32,000 bases of DNA from assembly GCA_008080745.1 (NCBI GenBank), contig SHMX01000001.1, positions 90,001 to 122,000 on the forward strand, written 5' to 3'. Below, piece after piece: positions 9,297 to 18,776 of the stretch (position 1 is the first letter of the stretch; each line of letters opens with the position of its first letter). The stretch comes from Candidatus Thorarchaeota archaeon (lineage in GTDB: Archaea; Asgardarchaeota; Thorarchaeia; Thorarchaeales; Thorarchaeaceae). The notes under the pieces are model-generated. The model searched no databases, was not told the DNA's origin, and worked only from the letters and a program-made list of their open reading frames with translations. The translations under genes were made by a program, and so were the position numbers.

Positions 9297-9842
9297 ATGA
9301 TGCTTTCCGATGTGGATATTGAAAAAGCGATGGAACAAGGAGATATCAAAATTGAGCCATATGATAATGCACTTTTGGGGCCTTGTAGTATCGATTTAAC
9401 CTTGGATTCCATTTTTAGAATTTATAGTCCTGGTGCTCCAGTAGATATAAAATCCGATACACCTGTAGACCGAGATACCAAAGTGGTTGACACGGGAGAA
9501 GAACCTTTCATGATTCTGCCGGGACAATTCATCCTAGCCCAAACAAGAGAAAATATCTCAGTATCCCCAAAATATGCAGCTCTGTTGGAGGGCCGTTCAA
9601 GTGTCGCTCGATTAGGTATAATCGTTCATGCAGCGGGCTTGGTTAATCCTGGCACTGGAATAGATCGGCCAAGTAGACTAACTTTAGAGGTGTTTTGTGA
9701 AAACTTGAGCCCAGTTCTTCTATACCCAGGGATGAAAATTGTGCAGATAATGTTCGTACCACTAAGTAGTCCAGCAAAGACGGTCTATGACAAGAGAAAG
9801 AAGAGCCGATATGTAGGACAGCAGAGACCGGATGTGCGATAA
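9297..9842 (+). CDS. dcd: dCTP deaminase (trimeric dUTPase superfamily)
   Basis: Motifs LSDVDI, PCSIDLTL, LEGRSSVARLGI, LTLEV, LYPGMKIVQIMF and YVGQ. Confidence 0.88.
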   Translation: MMLSDVDIEKAMEQGDIKIEPYDNALLGPCSIDLTLDSIFRIYSPGAPVDIKSDTPVDRDTKVVDTGEEPFMILPGQFILAQTRENISVSPKYAALLEGRSSVARLGIIVHAAGLVNPGTGIDRPSRLTLEVFCENLSPVLLYPGMKIVQIMFVPLSSPAKTVYDKRKKSRYVGQQRPDVR

Positions 9843-9893
9843 AACAGTAAGTCTATTTAGGGGAAGTATCTGGCGAGAACTCGGCGGTCGTAT

Positions 9894-10880
9894 ATGAAAG
9901 ACTACGATGTCATTCTTGCAAGTGGTGCTGAACACCTAAAAGCTCGCTTTGAGAGTTTTGGATACAGAGTGTATACCTGCGAACAGAATTACGATGAGAG
10001 AAGGATTTTCCCCAATGCAGACATCTATACTCGGATTTCAAATGTTGCGGAACTATCCAACAGAAGAGTCATAGTAATCCAAAGTTGTACTGGAGCGGGG
10101 CCTGCAGAGAGTGAAAGATTCACCACCGCAGATCGCGTTATTGAACTCATGCTACTTTTAGACCTTCTTAATAGACCTGTTGAAGTCGAAAAAGTGGGTC
10201 ATAAACAATATCAAGAAGAGGCCCTCCCTCCACCATCAAAAGTAGAAGTAGTCCTTACATTCCAGCCTTTTGCCTTACAAGATAAATCATTCATGACAGG
10301 AGAAGCTGTATCAGGAAGATGGTCAATGGAAACCATTGCTAAAATGTGTAATAAAATCTGGGTTGTAAACCCACATGCAACAGACCATTTGCCCTGGGTA
10401 GAAAGACTCCGGGAACGAGGTCTTTACGAGGTGATTGATATTATACCGGATCTAATCAAGTTCGCCGCCAGGCAATTTGGATTCGAGGAGTATGGTGTTA
10501 TCACTCCAGACGAGGGTGCACAACTAAGGTATGATATTGAAGGATTTGGAAAGAGCCGTACTAATTCGTACTGTGTGGAAATGCACGGAGAAGTTGATAC
10601 CGATTGCAAGAATATCATCGTGATTGATGACTTGACCAAGAGTGGTAGTACTTTACTGAAAGCATCTGAAAGACTAATTGAACAGGGTGTTGAAAATGTT
10701 GGAATGGCTGTTGCACATGTCCTTCCGCTTATTGAAATAGGAGAAGAAAAACTGGAATCTCTGGTCGCAAAGAGTCATGGAAGAATTGTTACATCAAATA
10801 CAATAAGAACAAATGTGTTCTGTGAGATGAATCCAACACATACCTACAACATTGTAGATACCCTGATAAACTGCCTTTAA
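9894..10880 (+). CDS. prs: Divergent ribose-phosphate pyrophosphokinase (PRPP synthetase) homolog
   Basis: FPNADIYTRI, VIVIQS, ELMLLLDLL, PFALQDKSFMTGEAVS, PDEGA, and the PRTase loop IVIDDLTKSGSTL. Confidence 0.7.
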   Translation: MKDYDVILASGAEHLKARFESFGYRVYTCEQNYDERRIFPNADIYTRISNVAELSNRRVIVIQSCTGAGPAESERFTTADRVIELMLLLDLLNRPVEVEKVGHKQYQEEALPPPSKVEVVLTFQPFALQDKSFMTGEAVSGRWSMETIAKMCNKIWVVNPHATDHLPWVERLRERGLYEVIDIIPDLIKFAARQFGFEEYGVITPDEGAQLRYDIEGFGKSRTNSYCVEMHGEVDTDCKNIIVIDDLTKSGSTLLKASERLIEQGVENVGMAVAHVLPLIEIGEEKLESLVAKSHGRIVTSNTIRTNVFCEMNPTHTYNIVDTLINCL

Positions 10881-10906
10881 GAAAGGAAAAGTTATGGACA
10901 AGTCCA

Positions 10907-11140
10907 CTAACTGAAGTATGATTCAGCCTTGGACTTGCCGATCCATGTTTTAGTAGTATAACGCTCTACGAGATCACGGGCCTCGAGAGATTGAAGTGCT
11001 TGAACCACTTTATTCTGGTCACAATCAATGTGCTTCTTTTTCAAGATGCGAGTAATAGCTGCTGGTCTATGACTATCATTGAGTATGATTCGAAGAACTT
11101 CTAGTTCAAGTTCAGTAATATCTTCGCTCATTGTCAACAC
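10907..11140 (-). CDS. Small winged helix-turn-helix protein
   Basis: ITELELEVLRIIL...VVQALQSLEARDLVER followed by beta strands, a typical wHTH pattern. Likely start is the ATG at 11131. Confidence 0.65.
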   Translation of the reverse strand: MLTMSEDITELELEVLRIILNDSHRPAAITRILKKKHIDCDQNKVVQALQSLEARDLVERYTTKTWIGKSKAESYFS

Positions 11141-11266
11141 TTTGTGGGCCCTTCGTTTGAATCTTTTAAGATTATCTCTATATCATTGAAATGACATGGA
11201 GGAGTAATGTAAAGATGTTTCGAAACCTTTTTACAAACGACTAACGAGAACGAGTCGGTCTGTCTT

Positions 11267-12019
11267 ATGGGAAAAGAAACCGAATATCACATAGGGATTG
11301 CTAAAGGAGAGATACCAGAATACGTCTTACTTCCAGGAGATCCCAAAAGAGCAAAAGCAATTGCTGAACGTTTTTTCGATAATCCTGAGCTGATAGCTGA
11401 TAAACGGGAATATTTGAGCTATAAAGGTACATACCAAGGATTGCCTGTTGCAGTCTGTTCAACTGGAATTGGATGCCCTTCTGCTGCCATCGCAATTGAA
11501 GAGCTGATACATGTAGGATGTCACACGTTTATACGAGTTGGAACTGCAGGTGCAATCAATAATTCTCTTACAGCTGGAGACCTTGTGATTATCACTGGAT
11601 CGGTTAGAGATGATGGAACCTCAAAACAGTATGTACCTGTAGAATTTCCCGCCATCGCAAATCCATTGGTGGTTTCTAAATTAGAACAAGCAGCGAAGAA
11701 ATATACAGACCGATATTTCTTAGGAATTGGTCATAGTAAAGATGCATTCTATAGCGAATATCCTGATAAAGTGGCAGACCCCGACACTACCGAAAAGAAA
11801 TGGGAGATGATGCGTAATAGTGGTGTGCTTGCTACAGAAATGGAAGCAGCAACATTGTTTGTTATAGGTCATCTTAGAGGTGTCCGTGTTGGAAGTATCT
11901 GTGTAATTGTAGGTGAACCGATAGAAAAAGAGGCCAAAATTATTGGAAAACCAGATTTGGGCCCCTTAATTCATACCGCATTAGATTCCTTTGTTGCACT
12001 CCAAGATTCACCAGACTAA
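11267..12019 (+). CDS. udp: Uridine/purine nucleoside phosphorylase (PNP_UDP_1 family)
   Basis: Motifs LPGDPKR, STGIGCPS, RVGTAG and ATEMEAA. Confidence 0.9.
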   Translation: MGKETEYHIGIAKGEIPEYVLLPGDPKRAKAIAERFFDNPELIADKREYLSYKGTYQGLPVAVCSTGIGCPSAAIAIEELIHVGCHTFIRVGTAGAINNSLTAGDLVIITGSVRDDGTSKQYVPVEFPAIANPLVVSKLEQAAKKYTDRYFLGIGHSKDAFYSEYPDKVADPDTTEKKWEMMRNSGVLATEMEAATLFVIGHLRGVRVGSICVIVGEPIEKEAKIIGKPDLGPLIHTALDSFVALQDSPD

Positions 12020-12807
12020 AGTCCACCAAAGAAAGCTTTCTTCTGAACTTTGAGTTGGAGATCCTCTGCAGATTTCCTATCAATTCCAAGAGCAGTTGCC
12101 AGTTTTTCAGGACTCGCAGCGATTACTTCTGTAACAGATGAATATCCTGCACCTAATAGAGCATCAATCGAAGCTCCACCAACACCCAATTCATTGAGAG
12201 TGCTTCGTAATTCGGAGATACTCTCTTCATCAGCTTTGGGAGGGGACACATCAGGCATAGCCTCCTCTATTGAAACGGGCTCTTCGTCTGCTTTGGTTTT
12301 CTTTGGTTTACTCTTCTTTGGTGTTGAAATTGAATGCTCAAGGATGAATGAAGGTCGGAGAATAATCAGTCCAACAATAAGCATGACAACCAATATTGGA
12401 ATTAGTAAAGTACTACCCATATCCACACCTACGACTGACCCTCCAGGACCAGCTGCAGGTAGGGCGTTATCTACACCAGTTGTCAACACTTCAACAACGG
12501 ATGTACCTGTAATTTCGGATGCAAATAAGAACCACATAGGACTGAACAATGCAAGCCCGCCAATTTCGAATAGAAGAAATTCCCGAAATAGCGACCGTTG
12601 TATTGCAAATGTCAATATTAGTGGAACGACCAAGATCATGACAGAAATTATGGTCCATAAGAGAAATAGACCCCAGATACTTTGTAATACTGCATAATCG
12701 GTTATTCCATAACCAAGCAATTTGATTACTGCATATCCCATAAACACAATTCCAGATAGAATGAATCCAATAATAATACCAAGAGCATATCGCATTGTTT
12801 TGCTCAC
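12016..12807 (-). CDS. Multi-pass membrane protein with a C-terminal helix-hairpin-helix domain
   Basis: About four hydrophobic segments in aa 5-155, then a Lys/Pro/Glu linker, then LGVGGASIDALLGAGYSSVTEVIAASPEKLATALGIDRKSAEDL (RadA N-terminal/HhH_5-like). Confidence 0.7.
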   Translation of the reverse strand: MSKTMRYALGIIIGFILSGIVFMGYAVIKLLGYGITDYAVLQSIWGLFLLWTIISVMILVVPLILTFAIQRSLFREFLLFEIGGLALFSPMWFLFASEITGTSVVEVLTTGVDNALPAAGPGGSVVGVDMGSTLLIPILVVMLIVGLIILRPSFILEHSISTPKKSKPKKTKADEEPVSIEEAMPDVSPPKADEESISELRSTLNELGVGGASIDALLGAGYSSVTEVIAASPEKLATALGIDRKSAEDLQLKVQKKAFFGGL

Positions 12808-12914
12808 CTACATAAGATTAGGACGTACAATCAATAGGAAATCTGGTTTAAAGATGTTTTGAGAACATGTATCTAACATGCAACATACTTATGAGATAGG
12901 AAAATTTCCGCTAG

Positions 12915-14003
12915 GTGGCGAATCCTTTGAAACCGTTTATCGTTGTTGGCACAAGACCAGAGATTGTAAAGATGACACCAATAGTACATGAATATGAGAA
13001 TAGGGGCATCGATTATCTACTTCTTCATACTGGTCAACATTATTCAAAGTTCATGAGTGGATCGTTTTTCGAGGACATGGATCTTCGTCAGCCGGATATC
13101 AATTTAGAAATTGGTTCAGGAACCCATTCTGAGCAAACTGCTAAGGCTCTCATAGGTATAGAGAAAGAGCTCATCAAATATAGGCCATCAGTGGTTTTGG
13201 TTCAAGGGGACACCAATGCGGTACTATCAGCCGCTCTGGCGGCGATAAAATTAGGAATCCCAGTAGGTCATGTTGAGGCAGGACTACGAAGCTACGACAA
13301 AAGAATGCCAGAGGAACATAATCGGAGGCTAACAGACCACGCATCGGATTATCTATTTGCTCCCACAGAGAAATCAGCAAATATTCTTCGAAACGAAAAT
13401 GTGTGGGGAGAAATATACATTACAGGAAACACAGTTATCGATGCACTTGAATCAAGGATTCCCATTGCCTTGAAAAGAGAGAGCCCACTTGACCATCTAG
13501 ACCTTGAAGATTATGCTTTGCTCACACTCCATCGAGCGGAAAATGTTGATGATAGACAAACACTAACCAATCTGATAAGAGGTCTATTATCTTTAGATGA
13601 ACAAATAGTATTTCCAGCACATCCAAGAACTGTGAACCGACTGAAATCTTTTGGACTTGACAAAGAGATTGAAAGTGATGGAAGTTTCAGAATTATTGAA
13701 CCCGTACCATATCTCGATTTTCTGAGAATCATAGTTGATTGTAAATACATTATGACAGACTCTGGAGGAATTCAAGAGGAGGCCACGGCACCCTCAATTA
13801 ATAAAAGAGTCTTTGTTCTGAGAACATCCACAGAGAGACCGGAGGCTGTCGAATCCGGTCATGCAACACTTGTAGGAGTCAATCCGTCTGAGTTTGTACC
13901 AATGATTCGAGAAGCAATTTCAGAGGGGCTTGATAAACAGAGAATGTGTCCGTATGGCGAGGGTAATGCTGCAAGGAAAATTGTGGATATTTTGGAAAAC
14001 TAG
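12915..14003 (+). CDS. wecB: UDP-N-acetylglucosamine 2-epimerase (non-hydrolysing)
   Basis: Motifs GTRPE, HTGQHY, VQGDTN, HVEAGLRS, PEEHNR and DSGGIQEEA. Confidence 0.95.
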   Translation: MANPLKPFIVVGTRPEIVKMTPIVHEYENRGIDYLLLHTGQHYSKFMSGSFFEDMDLRQPDINLEIGSGTHSEQTAKALIGIEKELIKYRPSVVLVQGDTNAVLSAALAAIKLGIPVGHVEAGLRSYDKRMPEEHNRRLTDHASDYLFAPTEKSANILRNENVWGEIYITGNTVIDALESRIPIALKRESPLDHLDLEDYALLTLHRAENVDDRQTLTNLIRGLLSLDEQIVFPAHPRTVNRLKSFGLDKEIESDGSFRIIEPVPYLDFLRIIVDCKYIMTDSGGIQEEATAPSINKRVFVLRTSTERPEAVESGHATLVGVNPSEFVPMIREAISEGLDKQRMCPYGEGNAARKIVDILEN

Positions 14004-14070
14004 GTACAGTTCGACATTTTTATTTTACCCAAGATATAGAATTGAAATCCCTTGGAAGAGGAAATGACTC

Positions 14071-14856
14071 ATGATAAGAATTTGTTTGGCAAACGATGAT
14101 GGTCCAGAAGGAAGAGGATTAGAAGTACTTGCAGACAACCTCTCAGAATTAGGTGAGGTGATTGTTGTTGTGCCAGATCAGCAGAGAAGTGGTTCGGGTA
14201 AGAGTATGACTCTAAACCATCCTTTGAGAATAACTGAAACAAAGACTAATTCAGGACTTACAATGCTAAAACATAGTGGAAAGCCCGCAGACTCTGTAGT
14301 TATTGCTACTTCCTTCTTTGATGATATAGATATCTTTGTAGCGGGAATTAATGCAGGTGCTAATCTAGGTTATCAAAGCATGATGACAAGTGGAACAGTT
14401 GGAATTGCAATGGAAGCAGCCATTCTCGGGTATCCATCTGTGGCTGTGTCAATGGCAGTCAATCCCAATGAATGGTTTGATAATCATGCTACAAATAGAG
14501 ATTATGCGGAAATGAGCAAGATTGCCACATGTATCATAAAAGGAGTAATCGATAATGGTCTTCCTGAAGGTATAGACGCGCTTAACATTAATTTTCCTTT
14601 GAGCCTAAACGATAATCCAGAAATAATCGCCGCAAAACCAGTACGATTGAGAATGAGTAATTCTCTCGAGCAAAGAACAGATCCAAATCAATCCACATAC
14701 TATTGGATTGATGGTAAATTCCAAGATATACCCGAAAGAACAGATGCTTACATAGTATTAGTGGAGTCAAATATTTCCGTTTCACCAATTGTTATTGAAA
14801 CTGTTAAAGATGAAGAGGTTGAAAGGGTCAAAGGTTTCCTTGACTTATTGACCTAA
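14071..14856 (+). CDS. surE: 5'/3'-nucleotidase SurE
   Basis: Motifs NDDG, QRSGSG, GKPADSV, GINAGANLG and SGTVGIAMEA. Confidence 0.93.
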   Translation: MIRICLANDDGPEGRGLEVLADNLSELGEVIVVVPDQQRSGSGKSMTLNHPLRITETKTNSGLTMLKHSGKPADSVVIATSFFDDIDIFVAGINAGANLGYQSMMTSGTVGIAMEAAILGYPSVAVSMAVNPNEWFDNHATNRDYAEMSKIATCIIKGVIDNGLPEGIDALNINFPLSLNDNPEIIAAKPVRLRMSNSLEQRTDPNQSTYYWIDGKFQDIPERTDAYIVLVESNISVSPIVIETVKDEEVERVKGFLDLLT

Positions 14857-15844
14857 GGGCGTTCCACAAGGCATCGTTTGTGGGGCGTGGAAGCAGTTCC
14901 TTCTGGCCATTTCGCAAGATAACACGTTTGTTCTCTTTTTTCGTGAAGTGTCCTATCTTAGTTGAGGATATATTTACCGATTTGAGAGCATCTAAAACAT
15001 CTTCTGCAGTCCCCTTCTCACAGGAAATCAGCATGCAGCCACTACTTATCAAATGAAGAGCTTCAATATCCAACAGTCTACAAATCTCTATTGTAGAAGG
15101 ATGAATTGGAATTGACTTGGCATCTATAACAACACCCAATTCACTAGCGTCACATATCTCATGGATTCCATTAGCTATACCCCCCTCTGTAGGATCATGC
15201 ATAGCGCTAACATAACCGGTCTGAAAAGCATGTACTCCCTCCTTTACGACACTTATCTGCTCTTTGAGTGCTTTTGCATCTTCAACAAGCTGCTTATCAA
15301 GTTGAGATTCAAGATAAGATTCACCCTCGGTGGCAATAATAGCTGTTCCTTCCAATCCTGCATATTTTGTGAGAAGTAGCTCATCACCAATCTTAGCTCC
15401 AGCAGTAGTGACATATTGGTCTTTTTTGGTAATTCCCATCATAAAACCAGCAATTATAGGACGATTGATTCCTTCTGTAACTTCAGTATGTCCACCAACA
15501 ACAGCTATATCTAACGAATTTGCTGCGGAATCAATTTGTTTCATGATTCTTACGAGAGTATGCTCATCTGTGCCATAGGGCAAAAGGATTGAAGAAAGAA
15601 ACCAAGAAGGAGGTACACCAAAAGTAGCGATATCATTGGCATTAATATGAACAGCTAACCAACCAATATCAGAAATAGATCCTGTAATTGGATCTGTAGC
15701 TGCAACCAATACATGGTCTCCGATTTTAATGAGCGAGGCATCTTCGCCCAAACCAGGCCCAAGAATGACTGAGGAATTTGATTTCCCTAAATGCGAAAAG
15801 ACATATTTAGCAAGTATATCAGGTGGAACTTTCCCGGGCTGCAA
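14828..15844 (-). CDS. AIR synthase-related protein (PurM/HypE-like superfamily)
   Basis: Motifs GKVPP, GPGLGEDA, TDPITG, HINANDIA, VGGHTE, AMHDPTEGG and SSGCML. TTG start preceded by GAGGGAG. Confidence 0.85.
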   Translation of the reverse strand: MQPGKVPPDILAKYVFSHLGKSNSSVILGPGLGEDASLIKIGDHVLVAATDPITGSISDIGWLAVHINANDIATFGVPPSWFLSSILLPYGTDEHTLVRIMKQIDSAANSLDIAVVGGHTEVTEGINRPIIAGFMMGITKKDQYVTTAGAKIGDELLLTKYAGLEGTAIIATEGESYLESQLDKQLVEDAKALKEQISVVKEGVHAFQTGYVSAMHDPTEGGIANGIHEICDASELGVVIDAKSIPIHPSTIEICRLLDIEALHLISSGCMLISCEKGTAEDVLDALKSVNISSTKIGHFTKKENKRVILRNGQKELLPRPTNDALWNALRSISQGNL

Positions 15845-16027
15845 TTATTCTCCCTCTTTTCAGATAGTGCGCACCAGCCTTGTCCCTGATGTATGAAAAG
15901 TAATTTCATAGAAACCCATACGGGACTCTCCATACTCACTATGACACCAGGATGGTCAGACGTGATGCGCAATATCTCCTACGATGGTAGGTTAATATAA
16001 TCATCGAGCTGGCAATAAAGGAGATTC

Positions 16028-17461
16028 CTATGGAGCAATGTATGATTCCGCTGCTTTCAGGTCCTCGGAACGTATTACTGCTCTACTATGAGCCCCAGCA
16101 AGGAACTCATTCAGTATTGAGTCCTTTTTCAGTAATTCTTTAGAAAGGAAACATTTCCCGCCTCCAACTCTTGCAATCAGATAGGCACCAAAGGTCTGTC
16201 TGAACTCGGGGACTGCCAATATTGTTTCAATGGGATCATCATAACCTTCCTTCTTCATTCTGAGCATGGTAGCTAATTCAAGAGCTTCATGATAGGGTCG
16301 TTTGAGAACTCGAATCCAGTTCAATTGGGATGGGTCAACATTTACTGTTGCTAATCGTACATCAGACTTTTTGGCAATTCTTGCTGCACGAACAATATCT
16401 CGAACGGGAGTATAAGACTGATGACCTGGACCGACGGATTGAGCCAGTGGAATATTCGGTGCAAAATCCGAGATGATGATAATCAGAGGTTCAACATCAC
16501 GGTTCCTCATTCGTTCCCTCTTGATAATCTCAAGTGATTTCATCACAGCCTCAGCAAGAGGTGTAAGACCCGATATTCGTAATTTGGCTAATGCTCGGTA
16601 TAACTTATTCCAATTTGTAGTTGGAGCTTGTACTTCGATTGCTCCGCTTTCCTTAAAGGCAACAATTCCCGTTCGGTCTTTAGATCCACGGGTTTCTCTC
16701 TCGATACGTTCGAGTAATTTTCGAATCTGATCTCTACTTGCTTTCATAGACAAGCTGACATCAATTACAAGCAAGATAGTCAATGGAGTATGGCCGGTAA
16801 ATACTCGCTCGCGGATATCCGAGGACTGAATCTTCAAACGTTCACCTGGTTCTAATTTTCCCGTTCTAGTTATAGCGGATAATATGGTTGAGGGTAAATC
16901 AATACTCCCAACTTCACCAGTGGGTTGTCGAGACCTAATTGGGCGTCCATATTGCTGGGTTTCTGAAGCCTTGAGAGAACCTACTCCTCGAGAGCTTACT
17001 CTCTTGTGAATCCATCCACCAGAGGAGATTTTGGATCGAATCATGGCCTTTGAACTGAGCTCGTCTACCTCAAACACTGGTTCTCCAGTATCCAAATCAG
17101 GAGTTTTTACAAAAAAGTCCCTACCTAAATCTACTGGAGGGTCTCGTATCTCGGACTTGGATCCAATGACCTTCGATTTATGTTTAGCCTTGTATGGCAT
17201 GGATGCCTTACCCCATTGATCACCATCTTCAGCCTTTGCAGGTCCTGCTTCAACAGTATCAATTCCACCAGCTGGACCTTTTTGTCGTTTAGTCATAGTT
17301 CGAAGCCAACGACGTACAGTATAGTAAATCAAAGGAGCATAGAGAATGGTTACCAAAATTGTTAGGGGGAGGGGAAGTAGTGTGCCAATCTGTGTGCCAG
17401 TAATGAAGTGAAATGGATTAAAGAAAATCCACCCGAAGTAACCAAAAACAACAACCGCCAT
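16028..17461 (-). CDS. Membrane-anchored vWA domain protein, C-terminal half of a ChlD/BchD-like chelatase subunit (probably expressed by -1 frameshift)
   Basis: MIDAS motif IDVSLS, plus GLTPL and ISDF, with two N-terminal hydrophobic segments. The reading frame stays open upstream of the ATG to 17527, overlapping the end of the AAA+ ORF. Confidence 0.8.
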   Translation of the reverse strand: MAVVVFGYFGWIFFNPFHFITGTQIGTLLPLPLTILVTILYAPLIYYTVRRWLRTMTKRQKGPAGGIDTVEAGPAKAEDGDQWGKASMPYKAKHKSKVIGSKSEIRDPPVDLGRDFFVKTPDLDTGEPVFEVDELSSKAMIRSKISSGGWIHKRVSSRGVGSLKASETQQYGRPIRSRQPTGEVGSIDLPSTILSAITRTGKLEPGERLKIQSSDIRERVFTGHTPLTILLVIDVSLSMKASRDQIRKLLERIERETRGSKDRTGIVAFKESGAIEVQAPTTNWNKLYRALAKLRISGLTPLAEAVMKSLEIIKRERMRNRDVEPLIIIISDFAPNIPLAQSVGPGHQSYTPVRDIVRAARIAKKSDVRLATVNVDPSQLNWIRVLKRPYHEALELATMLRMKKEGYDDPIETILAVPEFRQTFGAYLIARVGGGKCFLSKELLKKDSILNEFLAGAHSRAVIRSEDLKAAESYIAP

Positions 17462-17505
17462 AATGGCACATATTGTTCCTTTAATGGGGTCACCTCGGGG
17501 GTTCC

Positions 17506-18723
17506 TTATTTTTTTGGGCGTTTTTTTTTACCTTCCTGGGAACCTCCGACACCAAATCGGTGTTGTCGACCAAATTTGCCCCCGCTGAACCGTTTCTCGC
17601 TCCCAGATTCATCAGAAGAGTCTTTTTCCTCGGGAGGAACCTGTGTAGGGGATTTGCGCCGGTCCTTCTTCTCGGTAACATCAGCCGCTCTGGCAATCGC
17701 TCGGCTGATATCTTCTGGTACGGGAGGTTCGAGTAATCCACCTCTTCGGGTTCTGTGACTCAAAGTAAGTTGTGCTGCAAGTTGCATATCATCCAGAGAA
17801 ACTTCTTTTCTGCCATCTAGTGCAGCATTTGTGATTGCAGTCTTACTGATGATGATATCTGGACGGACTCCATCTACCTCCAATGCATCACACGCCATTG
17901 CGATTGCCCGGAGTTTACTATCAGATAAGATAACCTCTGAAAGTAACACCTGTGCGTTTTGTATACGTTCTCGAAGTTCTTGTTGATAAGGAGCATAATC
18001 TGTTCTGAAAGCATGGGGATCAGCCTCAAACTCCAAATTACGTCGAACTAGTTCCATTCTCTCCTCAATCGAGTGGTCGGAACTAACAGATACATGTAAT
18101 GGAAATCTATCCAATAGTTGGGGTCTCAGTTCACCCTCTTCTGGATTCATAGAACCCATGAGAATGAAATTTGAGGGGTGGGATATTGAAATCCCTTCTC
18201 GTTCTATGACATTTACCTTTGTCGCAGCCGCATCAAGTAAATCGTCAACAAGATGGTCTGGTAAAAGATTAACCTCATCAACGTAGAGAACGTTTTGGTG
18301 AGCTTCTGCAAGAATTCCAGGTTTAAGTGCTTGAATTCCTTCTTGGAGAACCCTCTCAATATCGAGAGCTCCAATAAGACGGTCTTCAGTAGTTGAGAGG
18401 GGGAGATTTACTACTCGCATCTCTCTTTTCTGAGGTATCAATTCTTCTCCTGATGCAATCTTTGCTTGGCATTCTTCACATAAAGATTCCATATTGAAAG
18501 GATTGCACCCAAACCGACAGCCCTCTACGACATCGACTTCTGGTAGAAGATCTGCTAAGGCACGAACCACGGTTGTCTTTCCAGTCCCCTTAGGACCAGA
18601 AACCAAGACCCCACCTATTCTGGGATTTATTCCGTTTAGAATCAATGCTAATTTTAGTCTATCAAGTCCAACGAGTGCCGTAAATGGAAGAACTGAACGC
18701 TTTGATGTGACCACGACAACCAT
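17506..18723 (-). CDS. chlI: Mg/Co-chelatase ChlI/BchI-like AAA+ ATPase (N-terminal half of a chlD-like gene)
   Basis: LPFTALVG, Walker A GPKGTGKT, TEDRLIG, Walker B VDEVNLL, MNPEEGELRPQLLDRF, DGVRPDI, LSHRTRR, then a Pro/charged linker. Confidence 0.92.
   Translation of the reverse strand: MVVVVTSKRSVLPFTALVGLDRLKLALILNGINPRIGGVLVSGPKGTGKTTVVRALADLLPEVDVVEGCRFGCNPFNMESLCEECQAKIASGEELIPQKREMRVVNLPLSTTEDRLIGALDIERVLQEGIQALKPGILAEAHQNVLYVDEVNLLPDHLVDDLLDAAATKVNVIEREGISISHPSNFILMGSMNPEEGELRPQLLDRFPLHVSVSSDHSIEERMELVRRNLEFEADPHAFRTDYAPYQQELRERIQNAQVLLSEVILSDSKLRAIAMACDALEVDGVRPDIIISKTAITNAALDGRKEVSLDDMQLAAQLTLSHRTRRGGLLEPPVPEDISRAIARAADVTEKKDRRKSPTQVPPEEKDSSDESGSEKRFSGGKFGRQHRFGVGGSQEGKKKRPKK
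17509..17547 (-). other. Candidate -1 programmed frameshift or slippage signal
   Basis: Minus strand reads GGAGG (17547-17543), 13 nt, then ggT AAA AAA AAA CGC CCA AAA AAA TAA. This gives an A9 run (17529-17521) and an A7 run (17515-17509), each forming an in-frame A_AAA_AAA heptamer. The -1 frame is open from the A9 run into the vWA ORF. Confidence 0.7.
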
Positions 18724-18776
18724 CTCTTTCCCCTAAAAAGTGGTATACTCAAATAAGATTGTGCATTCACGTATAA

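Noticed and set aside
12050-12697. 215-aa plus-strand ORF
   Set aside because: Antisense shadow of the membrane HhH protein, Ser-rich with no motifs.
15787-15972. 61-aa ORF upstream of the AIR-synthase-related gene
   Set aside because: It has an AGGAG before a TTG but overlaps the downstream gene out of frame and has no recognisable features. It cannot be supported without homologues.
17408-17758. Overlapping ORFs 17408-17758 (+) and 17490-17741 (-)
   Set aside because: Shadow or alternative frames of the chlI linker. The +1 frame closes at 17490, so only the -1 frame connects to the vWA ORF.
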